Shown here: piece by piece, positions 24,199 to 34,844 of the stretch
Layout of the letters: each line of letters begins with the position of its first letter
Numbering within the stretch: position 1 is the stretch's first letter
NCBI GenBank assembly: GCA_010093815.1
Contig: ML996573.1
Direction: 5' to 3' (one strand)
From: Pseudovirgaria hyperparasitica
Taxonomy: Eukaryota
DNA: 64,000 nucleotides
The notes under the pieces: generated by a model
Databases searched by the model: none
What the model was told of the DNA's origin: nothing
The model's input: the letters and a program-made list of their open reading frames with translations, nothing else
Translations under genes and position numbers: made by a program

Positions 24199-26043
24199 TT
24201 ACGGAAGCCCGATTCCATCCCAAAGATCTAACCGTATCAGTTCACTTGATCCCGACTGTTCATCTGCAAATATTGACAATCCGTACGTCTCATCAGCGCC
24301 ATACAGACGAGTACTGATCGCCGTCCTCTCATTGACAAACACTTCAAGAACTGAGTTGTCCCGCCACGCACGTATCTTTAGAGTCTCGGTGCTCTCCATA
24401 TGCGTATGCGGACTGCGACTCGTGAACAATGTATGAGGAGCTGACTCAGGGGCGCTATTGATTAAGCGAGCAGAGTTCTCGAATGGGAGAGGAGGTCGGG
24501 ATAGTGTTATCATCTCGTCTTGTGGATTGAATGCGATTTCAGTGCAGCGGGTCTCATCCACCGAGTGAGCAATCCTGATACCAATGCGACCAGCTTGCGT
24601 TGCGAGGGCAATTTCCACATATAGCTCCCATTGTCTTGTACTAATACGCGTGTTTGTGAGGAATGAAGTTGACAAAGCCTGATTAGTCAAAGAGGTCTTT
24701 CTCACGTTGGGTCCACGTCTCAAGGCATGCACTAAAGGTTGGTATGGTTGAGTAGCAAGCGTCGAAATGGTGTATGTGCCATTCTTGTCCAGTCTACTTT
24801 CGATTGAGGTGATATCTGCAAGGTCACTGAAGCAACCTCGCACAACATGTTGTATTGTCTGCATATGGAGCTCACGCGGCATGGACAACATTCCGCTCCA
24901 CCCTTGAAGATGGCGGAGATCATCACATAAATCATCTTCCGTGATCCAGGCCCAGACGATTTGCTTCTGTGACTTTGGATCGTAGAACGAGTTTGCTGCA
25001 TAGAGACAACCATGGTCGAGGTGGCCACCAAAATGATACTTCATCTCGACAGGGCTATCGTACGTATTTGCTCCGGGTTCCTGGAGTGACCCGACCATCC
25101 AAAGCTGGCCTCTTGCTGGTCGTGACGGTCCAATGAGATCAGGAGTAGATGTTGATAAACAGCCTTCGGTGCCCATCATGAGCAAATTTATCATGCTACC
25201 ATCCGCACCTTGCAGTGATGTGAAGTTGGTGACTTCCCAGTTCTTGCCGAGATCACCACTCCACATAGACGGTCGAGCATTCAGGCCATAGTTTACTAGA
25301 GGCCCGACATATTCCCATTGCTCTAGATTGGATTCGTCTATGGCGTAAAGGAATGTCGTTGGTGTGACGTCTCGAATACCCCCGGATATTATACCATATA
25401 AAGTACTGGTAGGATTGCGATCCAGGATTTTGCTCATAGCTGCCCAACGGGCAACAAAAGGATCTCTCCAGCCAGTGACATCCAACTCAGGAGGCTCGCT
25501 AGGTAGGATCGGGTTTGCATCAACTTTGGTCCAAGACTTCCCCCCATCAAACGATTTAGCGAGACTGAGCGACTCGCTGCCTCTTTGATGAGAGAGGCTA
25601 TGATGTATCGGAAGCGCACTGACAGATGTGTAGGCATACGTGATACTACCATCTATCGTAGGCATCTGACATCCGGTAAACACTCCTTGATAATCATATG
25701 GAGAGTCAGGAGACAGGGAGGGTTCGGCTTTGACAGTCCAGTGTATCAGATCGTGAGAATGAGCCGATGCCCATGCGATATCTCCCCAATCCGACCCATT
25801 CGGGTTCCATTGGAATGATACGTGGTAGAGACCTGTTCCTGGATCGTAACCAGGTGCACACGGGTCATTCATCCATCCTGATGGTGCTTGTAGGTGGTAA
25901 GATGGCCTCCATCGTTGGAACTGCTGGACCAATGATGGATTTGAGATTTCCTGGGCAGATGTATGACATGATGGCGGTGTCGTAGAGTATGACGGGCAAT
26001 CTGATGGAGTAGACAAGTCAGTCGAGCTCGAAGCAGTCGACAT
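24199..26043 (-). CDS. GH32 beta-fructofuranosidase (invertase), predicted intracellular
   Basis: WMNDPC (nucleophile), VFTG, WRDP, WEV (acid/base) and C-terminal DNSVLEVFVN beta-sandwich. No signal peptide; intronless. Confidence 0.93.
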   Translation of the reverse strand: MSTASSSTDLSTPSDCPSYSTTPPSCHTSAQEISNPSLVQQFQRWRPSYHLQAPSGWMNDPCAPGYDPGTGLYHVSFQWNPNGSDWGDIAWASAHSHDLIHWTVKAEPSLSPDSPYDYQGVFTGCQMPTIDGSITYAYTSVSALPIHHSLSHQRGSESLSLAKSFDGGKSWTKVDANPILPSEPPELDVTGWRDPFVARWAAMSKILDRNPTSTLYGIISGGIRDVTPTTFLYAIDESNLEQWEYVGPLVNYGLNARPSMWSGDLGKNWEVTNFTSLQGADGSMINLLMMGTEGCLSTSTPDLIGPSRPARGQLWMVGSLQEPGANTYDSPVEMKYHFGGHLDHGCLYAANSFYDPKSQKQIVWAWITEDDLCDDLRHLQGWSGMLSMPRELHMQTIQHVVRGCFSDLADITSIESRLDKNGTYTISTLATQPYQPLVHALRRGPNVRKTSLTNQALSTSFLTNTRISTRQWELYVEIALATQAGRIGIRIAHSVDETRCTEIAFNPQDEMITLSRPPLPFENSARLINSAPESAPHTLFTSRSPHTHMESTETLKIRAWRDNSVLEVFVNERTAISTRLYGADETYGLSIFADEQSGSSELIRLDLWDGIGLP

Positions 26044-26520
26044 CTTCGTGAGTTTGATGTGGCTTGATAGTTTCTCGAAAGTCGAGGGTAACTTACTCTG
26101 TTATTGACGCCTCACTGAACTAGTGGATTCACTCCTATGAGCTCTGATGCTCCAAACAGACGGTCTTCGAAATGAAGTCGGGACGGGTTTCGCAGAATAT
26201 TCGGTAGATTTAACCTCATATGGATAAAGCTGGCCGCCACTGGAGGCGGGATTCACCTTTAAGGCTGGTTCAGCACCGAAGAAACGCCGCATCCATCGAC
26301 CCATCCTTCGCCTCCACTTTCTCCAGGTTCTCTCCACATCAAGCTTAATTTGATATGCCGCATTCCTGGGGTATAAGGTTATCATGGATCGCCATCGAGG
26401 AATCATTTCCTCCGGCATCTTCTTCTCCTTCAGATTCCTCTTTCCCGACAGCCTTTCATCACATTTCTCCATTCACTCCTGATATTGGTCATCTGAAGTT
26501 CCAATCATTCATCTCTAGCC
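26044..26520. promoter_or_regulatory. Divergent promoter of GH32 and permease with Zn2Cys6-type and CreA-type motifs
   Basis: CCG-N8-CCG at 26276-26289; inverted repeat CCGCC-N6-GGCGG at 26234-26249; SYGGRG matches at 26240, 26312, 26321, 26332, 26366 and 26410; TATAA at 26372. Confidence 0.6.
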
Positions 26521-28185
26521 ATGGATCATAAAGAACTAAGAACGACGCCCGAATCAGTGGACAAATCGGAAGTTGTCTACATTGAAACTGAGTCAATGTC
26601 CTCGAGCAATTTTGATTCTCAGGACTTATCCATCAAAGATCAGTACCGACGACTTGGCAGAGCCATCAAAGCCGATAGTCGATTCTGTTGGTGGACAGGC
26701 TACTGTCTACTTTTGGTTTTTGGATGGGGCTATGACAATGGTCTATCTGGCGTAGCTATCGCATTTCCGGCATTCCGAGAGAGTTATGGTCATTACTATC
26801 CCGAAGCAACGACTTCTGGAGAAGAGTATGTCATTCCAGCCCTCTGGCAATCTCTCTGGAATGCAGCATCGACTATTGGACAGGTCTTTGGTGGATACGC
26901 AGCAGGCCAATTCGCAGATACATTCGGACGCAAAGCCATTCTGTACCTTGCTGTTTTCCTCTCTTTGGCATCCAGCTTCGCCTTGGTGTTTGCACCGAAT
27001 CTCCCAATTCTCTTCGTGTCGAAGCTGCTTCTTGGCCTTTCCATTGGTCTATCAACCGCAACCCCACCTCTTTACGTGACGGAAAACGCGCCCGCCCATC
27101 TGAGGTCTACTGTGGCGTCACTGACGAACGTCATCATCGTTCTTGGCTTCTTCATGTCGTCGATCACTGGCTTTGGCTCGTCTCATATCCAGGGTGTATG
27201 GTCATACCGCCTGGCCTTCGTTCTAACTTTTCTGATTCCTGGTATCTACCTCATCGGACTGCCATTTTTCCCTGAATCTCCCGTTTGGTATATGAAGAAA
27301 GACCGCGAAGAGGACGCCCGCAAAGCGCTCGTGAAGCTGTATGGTTCAAAAGTCGACATTGAAGGGCGTCTACAAATGATCCGCGACGAGCTGAAGCAGA
27401 ATGAAGCACCAACGGATGGTATCTCTCAGACTAGCTGGAAGGCAATCTTTTCTAGGGAGAACCGTATCCGTACCTTCGTTGCAGTCCTCGGTCTTCAAGT
27501 CCAGAACTTCTCCGGTGGATACTTTGCAAACACGTATCAAACATACTATTTTGGTTTGATTGGGGCCAAGGATCCCTTCCAACTCACAGCCATCTCCTCA
27601 ACCCTCCAGTTTGTGGCCAATTGTGCAGCAGTCGTTGTTGCAGATGTCGTTCCGCGCCGAAAAGGCCTTATCGGAGGTGGCACAATTCTCCTATTCTGGT
27701 CAGTCATCATTGCCGGTACTTCTTTGGCACCAAAAGACAACCATGTCGCAAACGTGGTGAATCTCGCTTTCATGATTACCTGGTCCATGGGATACACTGC
27801 GACAGTTGGATGTTACGGATGGGCGGTTGCCGCCGAGACCTCGTCACAAGCCACGAGACCGAAGACAATCTCATTTGTCCTTGTCTGTCAACAACTCACA
27901 GCGCTTCTACTTTCCAGCGTCTTTCCCTTCTTCATCAATCCTGACCAGCTGAATTGGGGTGGCAAGGTCATGTTCCTTTTTGTAGGCGCTGAGATCTTCA
28001 TCCTTGCTGCACTATTCTGGTTCCAAGGCGAGACCAAAAATCGTACGAATACTGAGATGGATGCACTCTATGCCTCTGGCGTCCCGAAGTGGCGATTCAC
28101 GCAGTATAGAGTAGTTGACAGTCATGTTGAGTTGAAGGAGAAGACCAAGGGGAGTCTGGTTGGCCGGATGCTCCGCAAGGCATAG
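26521..28185 (+). CDS. MFS sugar porter, maltose/alpha-glucoside permease-like
   Basis: About 12 hydrophobic segments, GYDNG, AFRESYG, ADTFGRK, YVTENAPAHLR, PESP, AETSSQATRPKT and INPDQLNWGGK, the last typical of the MAL-permease clade. Intronless. Confidence 0.92.
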   Translation: MDHKELRTTPESVDKSEVVYIETESMSSSNFDSQDLSIKDQYRRLGRAIKADSRFCWWTGYCLLLVFGWGYDNGLSGVAIAFPAFRESYGHYYPEATTSGEEYVIPALWQSLWNAASTIGQVFGGYAAGQFADTFGRKAILYLAVFLSLASSFALVFAPNLPILFVSKLLLGLSIGLSTATPPLYVTENAPAHLRSTVASLTNVIIVLGFFMSSITGFGSSHIQGVWSYRLAFVLTFLIPGIYLIGLPFFPESPVWYMKKDREEDARKALVKLYGSKVDIEGRLQMIRDELKQNEAPTDGISQTSWKAIFSRENRIRTFVAVLGLQVQNFSGGYFANTYQTYYFGLIGAKDPFQLTAISSTLQFVANCAAVVVADVVPRRKGLIGGGTILLFWSVIIAGTSLAPKDNHVANVVNLAFMITWSMGYTATVGCYGWAVAAETSSQATRPKTISFVLVCQQLTALLLSSVFPFFINPDQLNWGGKVMFLFVGAEIFILAALFWFQGETKNRTNTEMDALYASGVPKWRFTQYRVVDSHVELKEKTKGSLVGRMLRKA

Positions 28186-29066
28186 AAGAGTGGTATTTGG
28201 TGTCGGTGTATATTCATATCTTATTCAATCGAAATTGTTACAAAATTTCGGATATCTGTGGTCTCTTCTCAATCCTGTGCAGTATCCATAGGTCAACAAA
28301 CGGCCGGGTGAACGATATATAACAGCGAGCCTACGCACCTGGAAGTCCAATTTGTGGCTCCAATAGGACGACGAGGTACTAGACTTTAGCATTCTTGTCC
28401 TCCTGAATGTGCGGCAAGTTCTATCAACCATAGACCTCCATGTTCTCGGAAAAAAGAAGAGTGGGTTTAACCACTTGCTATCTCATTCGCGAAAGTTTCA
28501 CATATAGAATTATATGCAGCATACAGCACCATGTTCCCTTCAGACACGATGATAATCATAAGTTGGTCCATTCCGATTCTAACGTTCATGCCTTCACACT
28601 AGTGTATAGATAGAACTAGAACGACCGCAATCACGGTGAATCGGCTTATATAGAGCTATCCCGACGGGAGAGCTCGTGAACATCTCATGTCGGACCGAAA
28701 ACGCGCGATATAAGCTTTGTAGCTATGCACGAGATCTGAAATCCAGGAGGGTACAACGTGGAAATCGCCCGATGATTTGAGCGGGGAGCGGGGAAGCACT
28801 AAACTCGGCCCTGCTTTCCCCAAGCTGCCTAGTGAATATGTTCGATCGGAGAAATATTCCCAAATAAGCTTCCATCACGACGTAACATGTATTGCAGAAC
28901 CATCGCCCTCCATCCGGGCAGCTTTTCGGAGAAACGATACTTGAGGGGAATGTTGTTGTTAAAGGCTGCACCGCTGGTAGGGCCATTACCCAGAGTCAAT
29001 ATCACAGTTCTTATTTCGCCGATGCCCCAAGAAGACATTATTCACGATCGACAGAGTCCAATCGAA

Positions 29067-30818
29067 ATGACTTCATCAGCCATCGTAGAAAAAGCATGGT
29101 GGAAAGAAGCTGTCGTCTATCAAATCTACCCAGCCAGCTTCCTCGATAGTAACGACGATGGACTCGGGGACATACCAGGTGTCATCAGTAAAGTTGCATA
29201 TATCAAATCCCTCGGAGTCGATGCGATATGGCTTTCTCCCGTCTATACGTCACCACAGAAGGATATGGGATATGACATATCAGACTATCGGTCGATACAT
29301 GCGCCATATGGAACTGTCGAAGATATGCAGACCCTCATTAATGTCCTGCACGATAACCAGATGAGATTGTTGATGGACCTCGTTGTCAACCACACGAGTG
29401 ATCAGCATGACTGGTTCAAGCAGTCACGCAGTTCCAGAGAGAGTGAGAAACGTGGCTGGTATTTCTGGCGAGATGCGAAGATCGATACAAATGGCAATCG
29501 CAAAGAGCCAAACAACTGGCGATCAATTTTTGGAGGTAGCGCGTGGCATTGGGACGAAACAACCCAGCAATACTACCTTGCCCTATTTCTCCCTTCACAG
29601 CCAGATCTCAACTGGTCAAATCCGGAGATGCGCAGAGCTACATATGATGACATGCGTTTTTGGTTGGACAGGGGCGTTGATGGCTTCAGAATTGACTCAA
29701 TGAACCTCATGTCAAAGCATCCTGATCTCCCAGATGGAAAGGTGGTGAATAATGAGCCTTTTCAAGATGGATCTGAGTTTTTTGCTTCTGGCCCAAAGAT
29801 GCACAACTATATCCGTGAGATGCGCACGGAGGTGTTCGATAACTATGATTGTATGACCGTTGGCGAGCTTGGCTTCACGAAGGATGAGCAATCCGTCAGC
29901 CAATACGTGGCGAAAGATCGCCATGAACTCAATATGGTTTTCACCGGCGATATTGTTGATGTCGACTTTGGCCCCAATGGGAAATACGAGCGCACGATCA
30001 ACAACATTCCGCGAAAGATCCGTGAGATCACTGATCTTTGGCAACAGTCCATGCCCAAGTTCAATGGGTGGAATAGCGTGTACTATTCAAACCACGATAG
30101 TGGTCGACCTCTGACTCGATATGCCTCTGATTCCCCAGAGCATCGAGCAGCAGCTGCGAAGATGCTTGCAATGTACCTCCTATCCCTCGGAGGAACACCT
30201 TTCCTTTTGCAAGGCGATGAAATCGGCATGGCCAATCTTGGCAAAGACTACGGCCCAGATGCATATATAGATGTAGAAGCTAAGAACTACTACATTTCAG
30301 TCCTGAAAAGTCGTGGCGGTAACGAATCAACTATGGACGATGTTTTGAGAGAGATGCAACTCAAGTCGCGAGATCACGGCCGCTTACCTATGCAATGGGA
30401 CAGCTCTGTCAATGCCGGCTTCGCGTCACCAAAAGCACGTCCTTGGATGACTATCAACAAGGATTACACCGAATGGAACGTGGCGAGCCAGATCAATGAT
30501 CCAAACAGTGTATTCTCGTTCTGGAGAACAATGCTGACTCTTCGTAAACAGTACACCGATCTGTTTGTATATGGCTCATACAAGTCAATTCCAGAGTCTG
30601 TGATGGGAGAGGGAGTCATCGGATTTGAGCGTGCAGAACAGGTAGTAGGCGGAAAGAGAGCAGTCGTTTTTGTGAGTTTCTCGGAGCAGAAATATACAAT
30701 ATCGACAGATAAGTACGTGGGCTGGGACGTATTAGTTACGAATCACAGAGCTTCTGTCGACAACTCGTGTATCGAACTTGGACCGTTCGGCGCTCTGTTA
30801 TTGATAGACAGCAAATAG
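29067..30818 (+). CDS. GH13 alpha-glucosidase (maltase/oligo-1,6-glucosidase group), predicted intracellular; start probably 29067 (alternative 29022)
   Basis: WWKEAVVYQIYPASF, DMGYDISDY, DLVVNHTS, QPDLN, DGFRIDS (nucleophile), TVGE (acid/base), NHD and SRDHGRLPMQW. Intronless. Confidence 0.94.
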   Translation: MTSSAIVEKAWWKEAVVYQIYPASFLDSNDDGLGDIPGVISKVAYIKSLGVDAIWLSPVYTSPQKDMGYDISDYRSIHAPYGTVEDMQTLINVLHDNQMRLLMDLVVNHTSDQHDWFKQSRSSRESEKRGWYFWRDAKIDTNGNRKEPNNWRSIFGGSAWHWDETTQQYYLALFLPSQPDLNWSNPEMRRATYDDMRFWLDRGVDGFRIDSMNLMSKHPDLPDGKVVNNEPFQDGSEFFASGPKMHNYIREMRTEVFDNYDCMTVGELGFTKDEQSVSQYVAKDRHELNMVFTGDIVDVDFGPNGKYERTINNIPRKIREITDLWQQSMPKFNGWNSVYYSNHDSGRPLTRYASDSPEHRAAAAKMLAMYLLSLGGTPFLLQGDEIGMANLGKDYGPDAYIDVEAKNYYISVLKSRGGNESTMDDVLREMQLKSRDHGRLPMQWDSSVNAGFASPKARPWMTINKDYTEWNVASQINDPNSVFSFWRTMLTLRKQYTDLFVYGSYKSIPESVMGEGVIGFERAEQVVGGKRAVVFVSFSEQKYTISTDKYVGWDVLVTNHRASVDNSCIELGPFGALLLIDSK

Positions 30819-32051
30819 TAGTTAGTAGATACCAATTAAGCCTACCAACTACCAGGAACAGCAGTCACCTCTACTGTGTTGGCTCATAGGTGGGAAAAGT
30901 GTGATGTTGCCAACTGCTTAATACTCGTTCTTAATGATATAATCATAACAACTGAGCAATAGTCGATTAGCAGGGGATTACCAGATATACTCAACCTCGG
31001 ATTTGACGGCCCGTGACTCGAATCTAGAGTACGGGTGATTGGAGGATACATATACCATCGAGCGATGATCCTCGAAAAGTGACCACACGTTCCACGATTG
31101 CATACGTGGGATGACCCTCAGCTCCCATGCAGAACTTCCTTAGTTCGAGTTTGTCATTGTTACGTTCAGAATTTGCCTTAGCTGTAGGAGACCCTTCACC
31201 TAGTGGGACTCCCTTGTGGTTACTAGCCTCGTAAGACTTGAAAGGGGTGGCATGGACATGAAGAGTGTCGCATGACAGGGTGCCCAGATCAGGGGAAGTC
31301 TTCCCAGAACATCGAGGCCCTATCTCAAAGCTGCGCTGCGATGGCTGCGCAAGTCCTGGGCCCTTGTCTAACGCGACATGGCGTCTCAACCTAGATATGT
31401 GTATGACGATGTTAGATGATGAATTCTTCATTGCCAGAAGATGATAACAAGTAATATATGCACGTGGGGCGGAGGAGCGGCCTTGGCAAAGGGCGGGAAA
31501 GTCCACAAAACTTGGCGCGCCACAGTCAAGTTAAGACACCCATCTCTTCTATCGCATCTTATGCGCATGATAGGTCATTATTGCGCCACTGATGAACATG
31601 GTCACACAAGGTTAGTCGCGATTTAGTCTGTAGCAATAACCATTTTTGCCTCTTCTCGAATCCAGCACTTGAAGTGTATCTAAGAATAACATAGCCACCT
31701 TCGTCCATGGCTACGAATTGCATCACACTCGGCGCCCAGTATTGGGTCGAAACGTTCCAAGGCCAGGCGCAAAAGCTACTTTCTTGTCGTATACACGTGG
31801 GTGATTGCGTTCCGTCTGGAGGATGTGTGCATTTTGTCGCTGACGCCACAGACATTTGACATCGCCTGCCGAGATATCTCTATTACTAGGCTCAGTCGAC
31901 ATGGCTCGACATATATAATGGAGCGGACTTATCTTCCCATGGTTTCTTCTTCTTTTCTGAAGCAATATAAGCGATTTTGTAGTTCTTGCTACGCCTGCCT
32001 CAGCTTACATACATTGCTCCTGAGGGCGAACACAGCACTCCTTTAGCCAAC

Positions 32052-33904
32052 ATGGGTAAGATAGATCTCAAGGTCGTCCGTGAAAGTTGGGGGTTATTCG
32101 ACGCAAAAGAAAAACGAAACATCGCGATCTACATCGTTGGTATCATGCTCTACAAGTTTGGTACGTAATCGTGGCATATATTACTTGTGAGCTACTAATC
32201 CTATTTTGCACAGGTCTCGAAGCATTCAATGGATCTATTACGGCTCTAGCAACAAACCGATATGACCAAGATGCACGCCTTGCTGGGACCACTCCACGAA
32301 CATTTGAGCGTATCGGTCTCTTGCAAGGGTTGAATCAAGCTTTTCAGTGTGTTGGCTCCATCTTGATTGCTCCTCTAATCAAACGTTACCCAACCCGTCT
32401 GGTCCTTTCTGTGGCTATTCTTGTCTTCGGTCTTTTCACTGCGATCTTGCTCATCGTGGATGCCGCCACTGGGGGCAAGATAAAGCCCAATGACTGGGAG
32501 GAGACCCACACAGCTGCAGAGCTGCGCACCGACTTCTCGTACTTTGGGAATTACAATACCGACGGTTAGCAGTGTCTATTGTCTAGGGTTTTCCTAGCAA
32601 ACTATGATGCTAACATTCTGCATAGGTATAATCCCTATTTACTGTGTAACTGGCATAGCGTATGGCATGGTTGAACTGATCCGCCGAGTCATTCCGCGAG
32701 ATATAGTTGGGGGCAATGTTCAGAAGCTGAGACGTATGGACGCGACAGTCCATATCTTTTATGAGGTCGCTGGAACAGCCGGTGCATTTGCAACAGCTCT
32801 TGGCCTCATTCCCGCCCTCGGTTACAACTACAGCTTCCTGATTACTCCTATCTTCTTCACGGCAGCCTCGATCGTCTGGTTCTTCATTTCCAACTATGGC
32901 TTCGTTAAGACTCCCCACCTTCGTGATGCTCAAGGCAACCGGAACTACTTCAAGTCGATCTGGCATAGTATTGTGCTATTTTTCGAGTCGATCTATACTG
33001 GAGGAGTCCTTGTCTTCACGAACCGCAAGTTTATCTGGCTATTGCCAGGATATGCATTTGCCCTGTGAGATATCACTACCTAAAGACTATCATCTGCTTG
33101 CTAACTTCTCCTAGATACGGACATCGATATCTCGAAAACGGCATCGCACCGTTCGTCGCAAGACGCTACCTTGGTGTATCTGCTTGGTCTCAGATCATGG
33201 TTGGCGGCTCCAACTTTGGCGAGCTTCTCGGTGCCCTTTTCGTGTTTCTCTTTACAAACCTTGTCGCGAGACCAATGCCATGGCTCCGTCTTGACGCTTT
33301 GCTGCTACTTATTGTCTGGTACCTTCCATACTATACTCCACCCCAATCTGAGGTCCGCTACGCATGGATTGTAGCTGCTACTTTCATCCCGATCTCGTTT
33401 GGTTGGGCCGCAGGCGATGTATCGCTAGCAGCATACATCCAAGCCTCGCTAGCCCGTACGGAATCGAAGATGAAGAACGTGTCGGCCCTTGGTGCGGTCA
33501 TGGCATTCCTTTACTCAACATACATTGTCATCTACGCAATCGCAAACCCTCTTCTTGGCAGATACCTCGACCGCCAGAGTGCACTACAAGCTGCTGGGCA
33601 GGATGGTGCCATCCAAGATGGTGTCCGCAGTGTTGCTGGCATTCAGTTCACTATCTTGGCTGCTATTGTTATCGCCTCCACCTTTATTCCGAAAGGTGCC
33701 ATCTCGTTCAACCCTAAGATGATCTCTGACGAGCTTCTCGACAGTGATATCGGTGATGACAAAGCTGATTTGAAGGACATAAGCTCCGGCGAAGAGATAC
33801 TGGACTCCGAAAAGGGTGGTCTTGCGCCGGAACCAGATCATGAGAAGAGAACTTCCATCACATTGGGACTTGAAGATGCTGTCAGGCGAACTTCTGTGGC
33901 GTGA
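32052..33904 (+). CDS. MFS-type membrane transporter of unknown substrate; exons 32052-32160, 32214-32564, 32626-33064, 33115-33904
   Basis: Multiple transmembrane segments and motifs YKFGLEAFNG, ELIRRVIPRDIVGG, YGHRYLEN and GWAAGDVSLAAYIQ. Three canonical introns (53, 61 and 50 nt) keep frame. Confidence 0.85.
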
Positions 33905-34211
33905 TTTAGTGGTTGTGCGAAAATTGATAAGGAAGTATTCGCCTTAGTAGAGTAGCTTATTTCAGTAGCTATAGAGCACATTCTGCTATTAGGAATAGGG
34001 AGATTTCTCATGGAGTGCGATTGATAGTACAAATCACGACTGCATCGGAGTCCTAAGGTACGTTTCCCTCTTCATCTTACTACCAGAGCGAAGTGCACGA
34101 GAGGAAAGAACCTCCTCCTATAGTACCAGAGTCTTATATTCATTGTCTTGCCATCACGAAGCTCTCCCAAGTCGTAGACCTCTTACTCGTATTCTCTATA
34201 GACTCCTATGC

Positions 34212-34844
34212 CTATTCTTGAGTTTTCTCGGCCCAACGAACGAAGTATGGCCTCGAGCTATCTTCCGCACGGTTGTCGTGCGGAAGCGGATATATATTTC
34301 CATCACCCTCCACATCCGCAGTAGTCTGCTCCTCCCTAGCTGGTAATCGCTCCCCTTGCTGTCCAAAACCTTCTAAACTCCTTTTCCGCTCTCGCCACCC
34401 TACTCCATTGACAGTCCCGGCCAAAAAAGGCTCTTCCAATTCAGGCTGAGTGTCGTCAGACGGGTCAATGCCCGCTTCCTTCCTGGCATTCCTCCTATCC
34501 GCGTATTCCGCCTTGGTATGCTTTCTAGGAGTTATTAGCTTCAAAGCTCAATGGCTGGTCATAAAAGCTTACTCTTCCTCGCTTACGTCCCAGTCTTTGT
34601 CAAAGTCGACAGCATGGCCAGTGCCCAAAGCTAGGACTTTTATGGTTTGATCTCTGATGTTTGCAGGGCGCGAGTAGCAGCGAAGTACGTGTGTACGCGG
34701 CATCATGCCGTTGGGGATATCTTGGCTACAAAACAGGCAGGTTCTCTGACAGCGGAAGAACAGGACAGCGCCGGTGGATGGCCATGCGTGATGAGGGTGG
34801 CTGGGCACTGAGCATCTTACAGTGGTAGGAGCTGAGGGCGACAT
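34212..34844 (-). CDS. Small orphan protein (~194 aa) with a putative C2HC zinc finger; exons 34844-34573, 34524-34212
   Basis: Intron 34525-34572 (GTAAGC..GCTAAT..TAG) joins ORFs 34569-34844 and 34212-34544 in frame. Contains CLFC-x12-HVLRC. Confidence 0.65.

Noticed and set aside
28887..29066. 60 aa N-terminal extension of GH13 in the ORF track
   Set aside because: Family similarity begins at WWKEA just after ATG 29067; the extension is not signal-peptide-like and contains a promoter-type motif.
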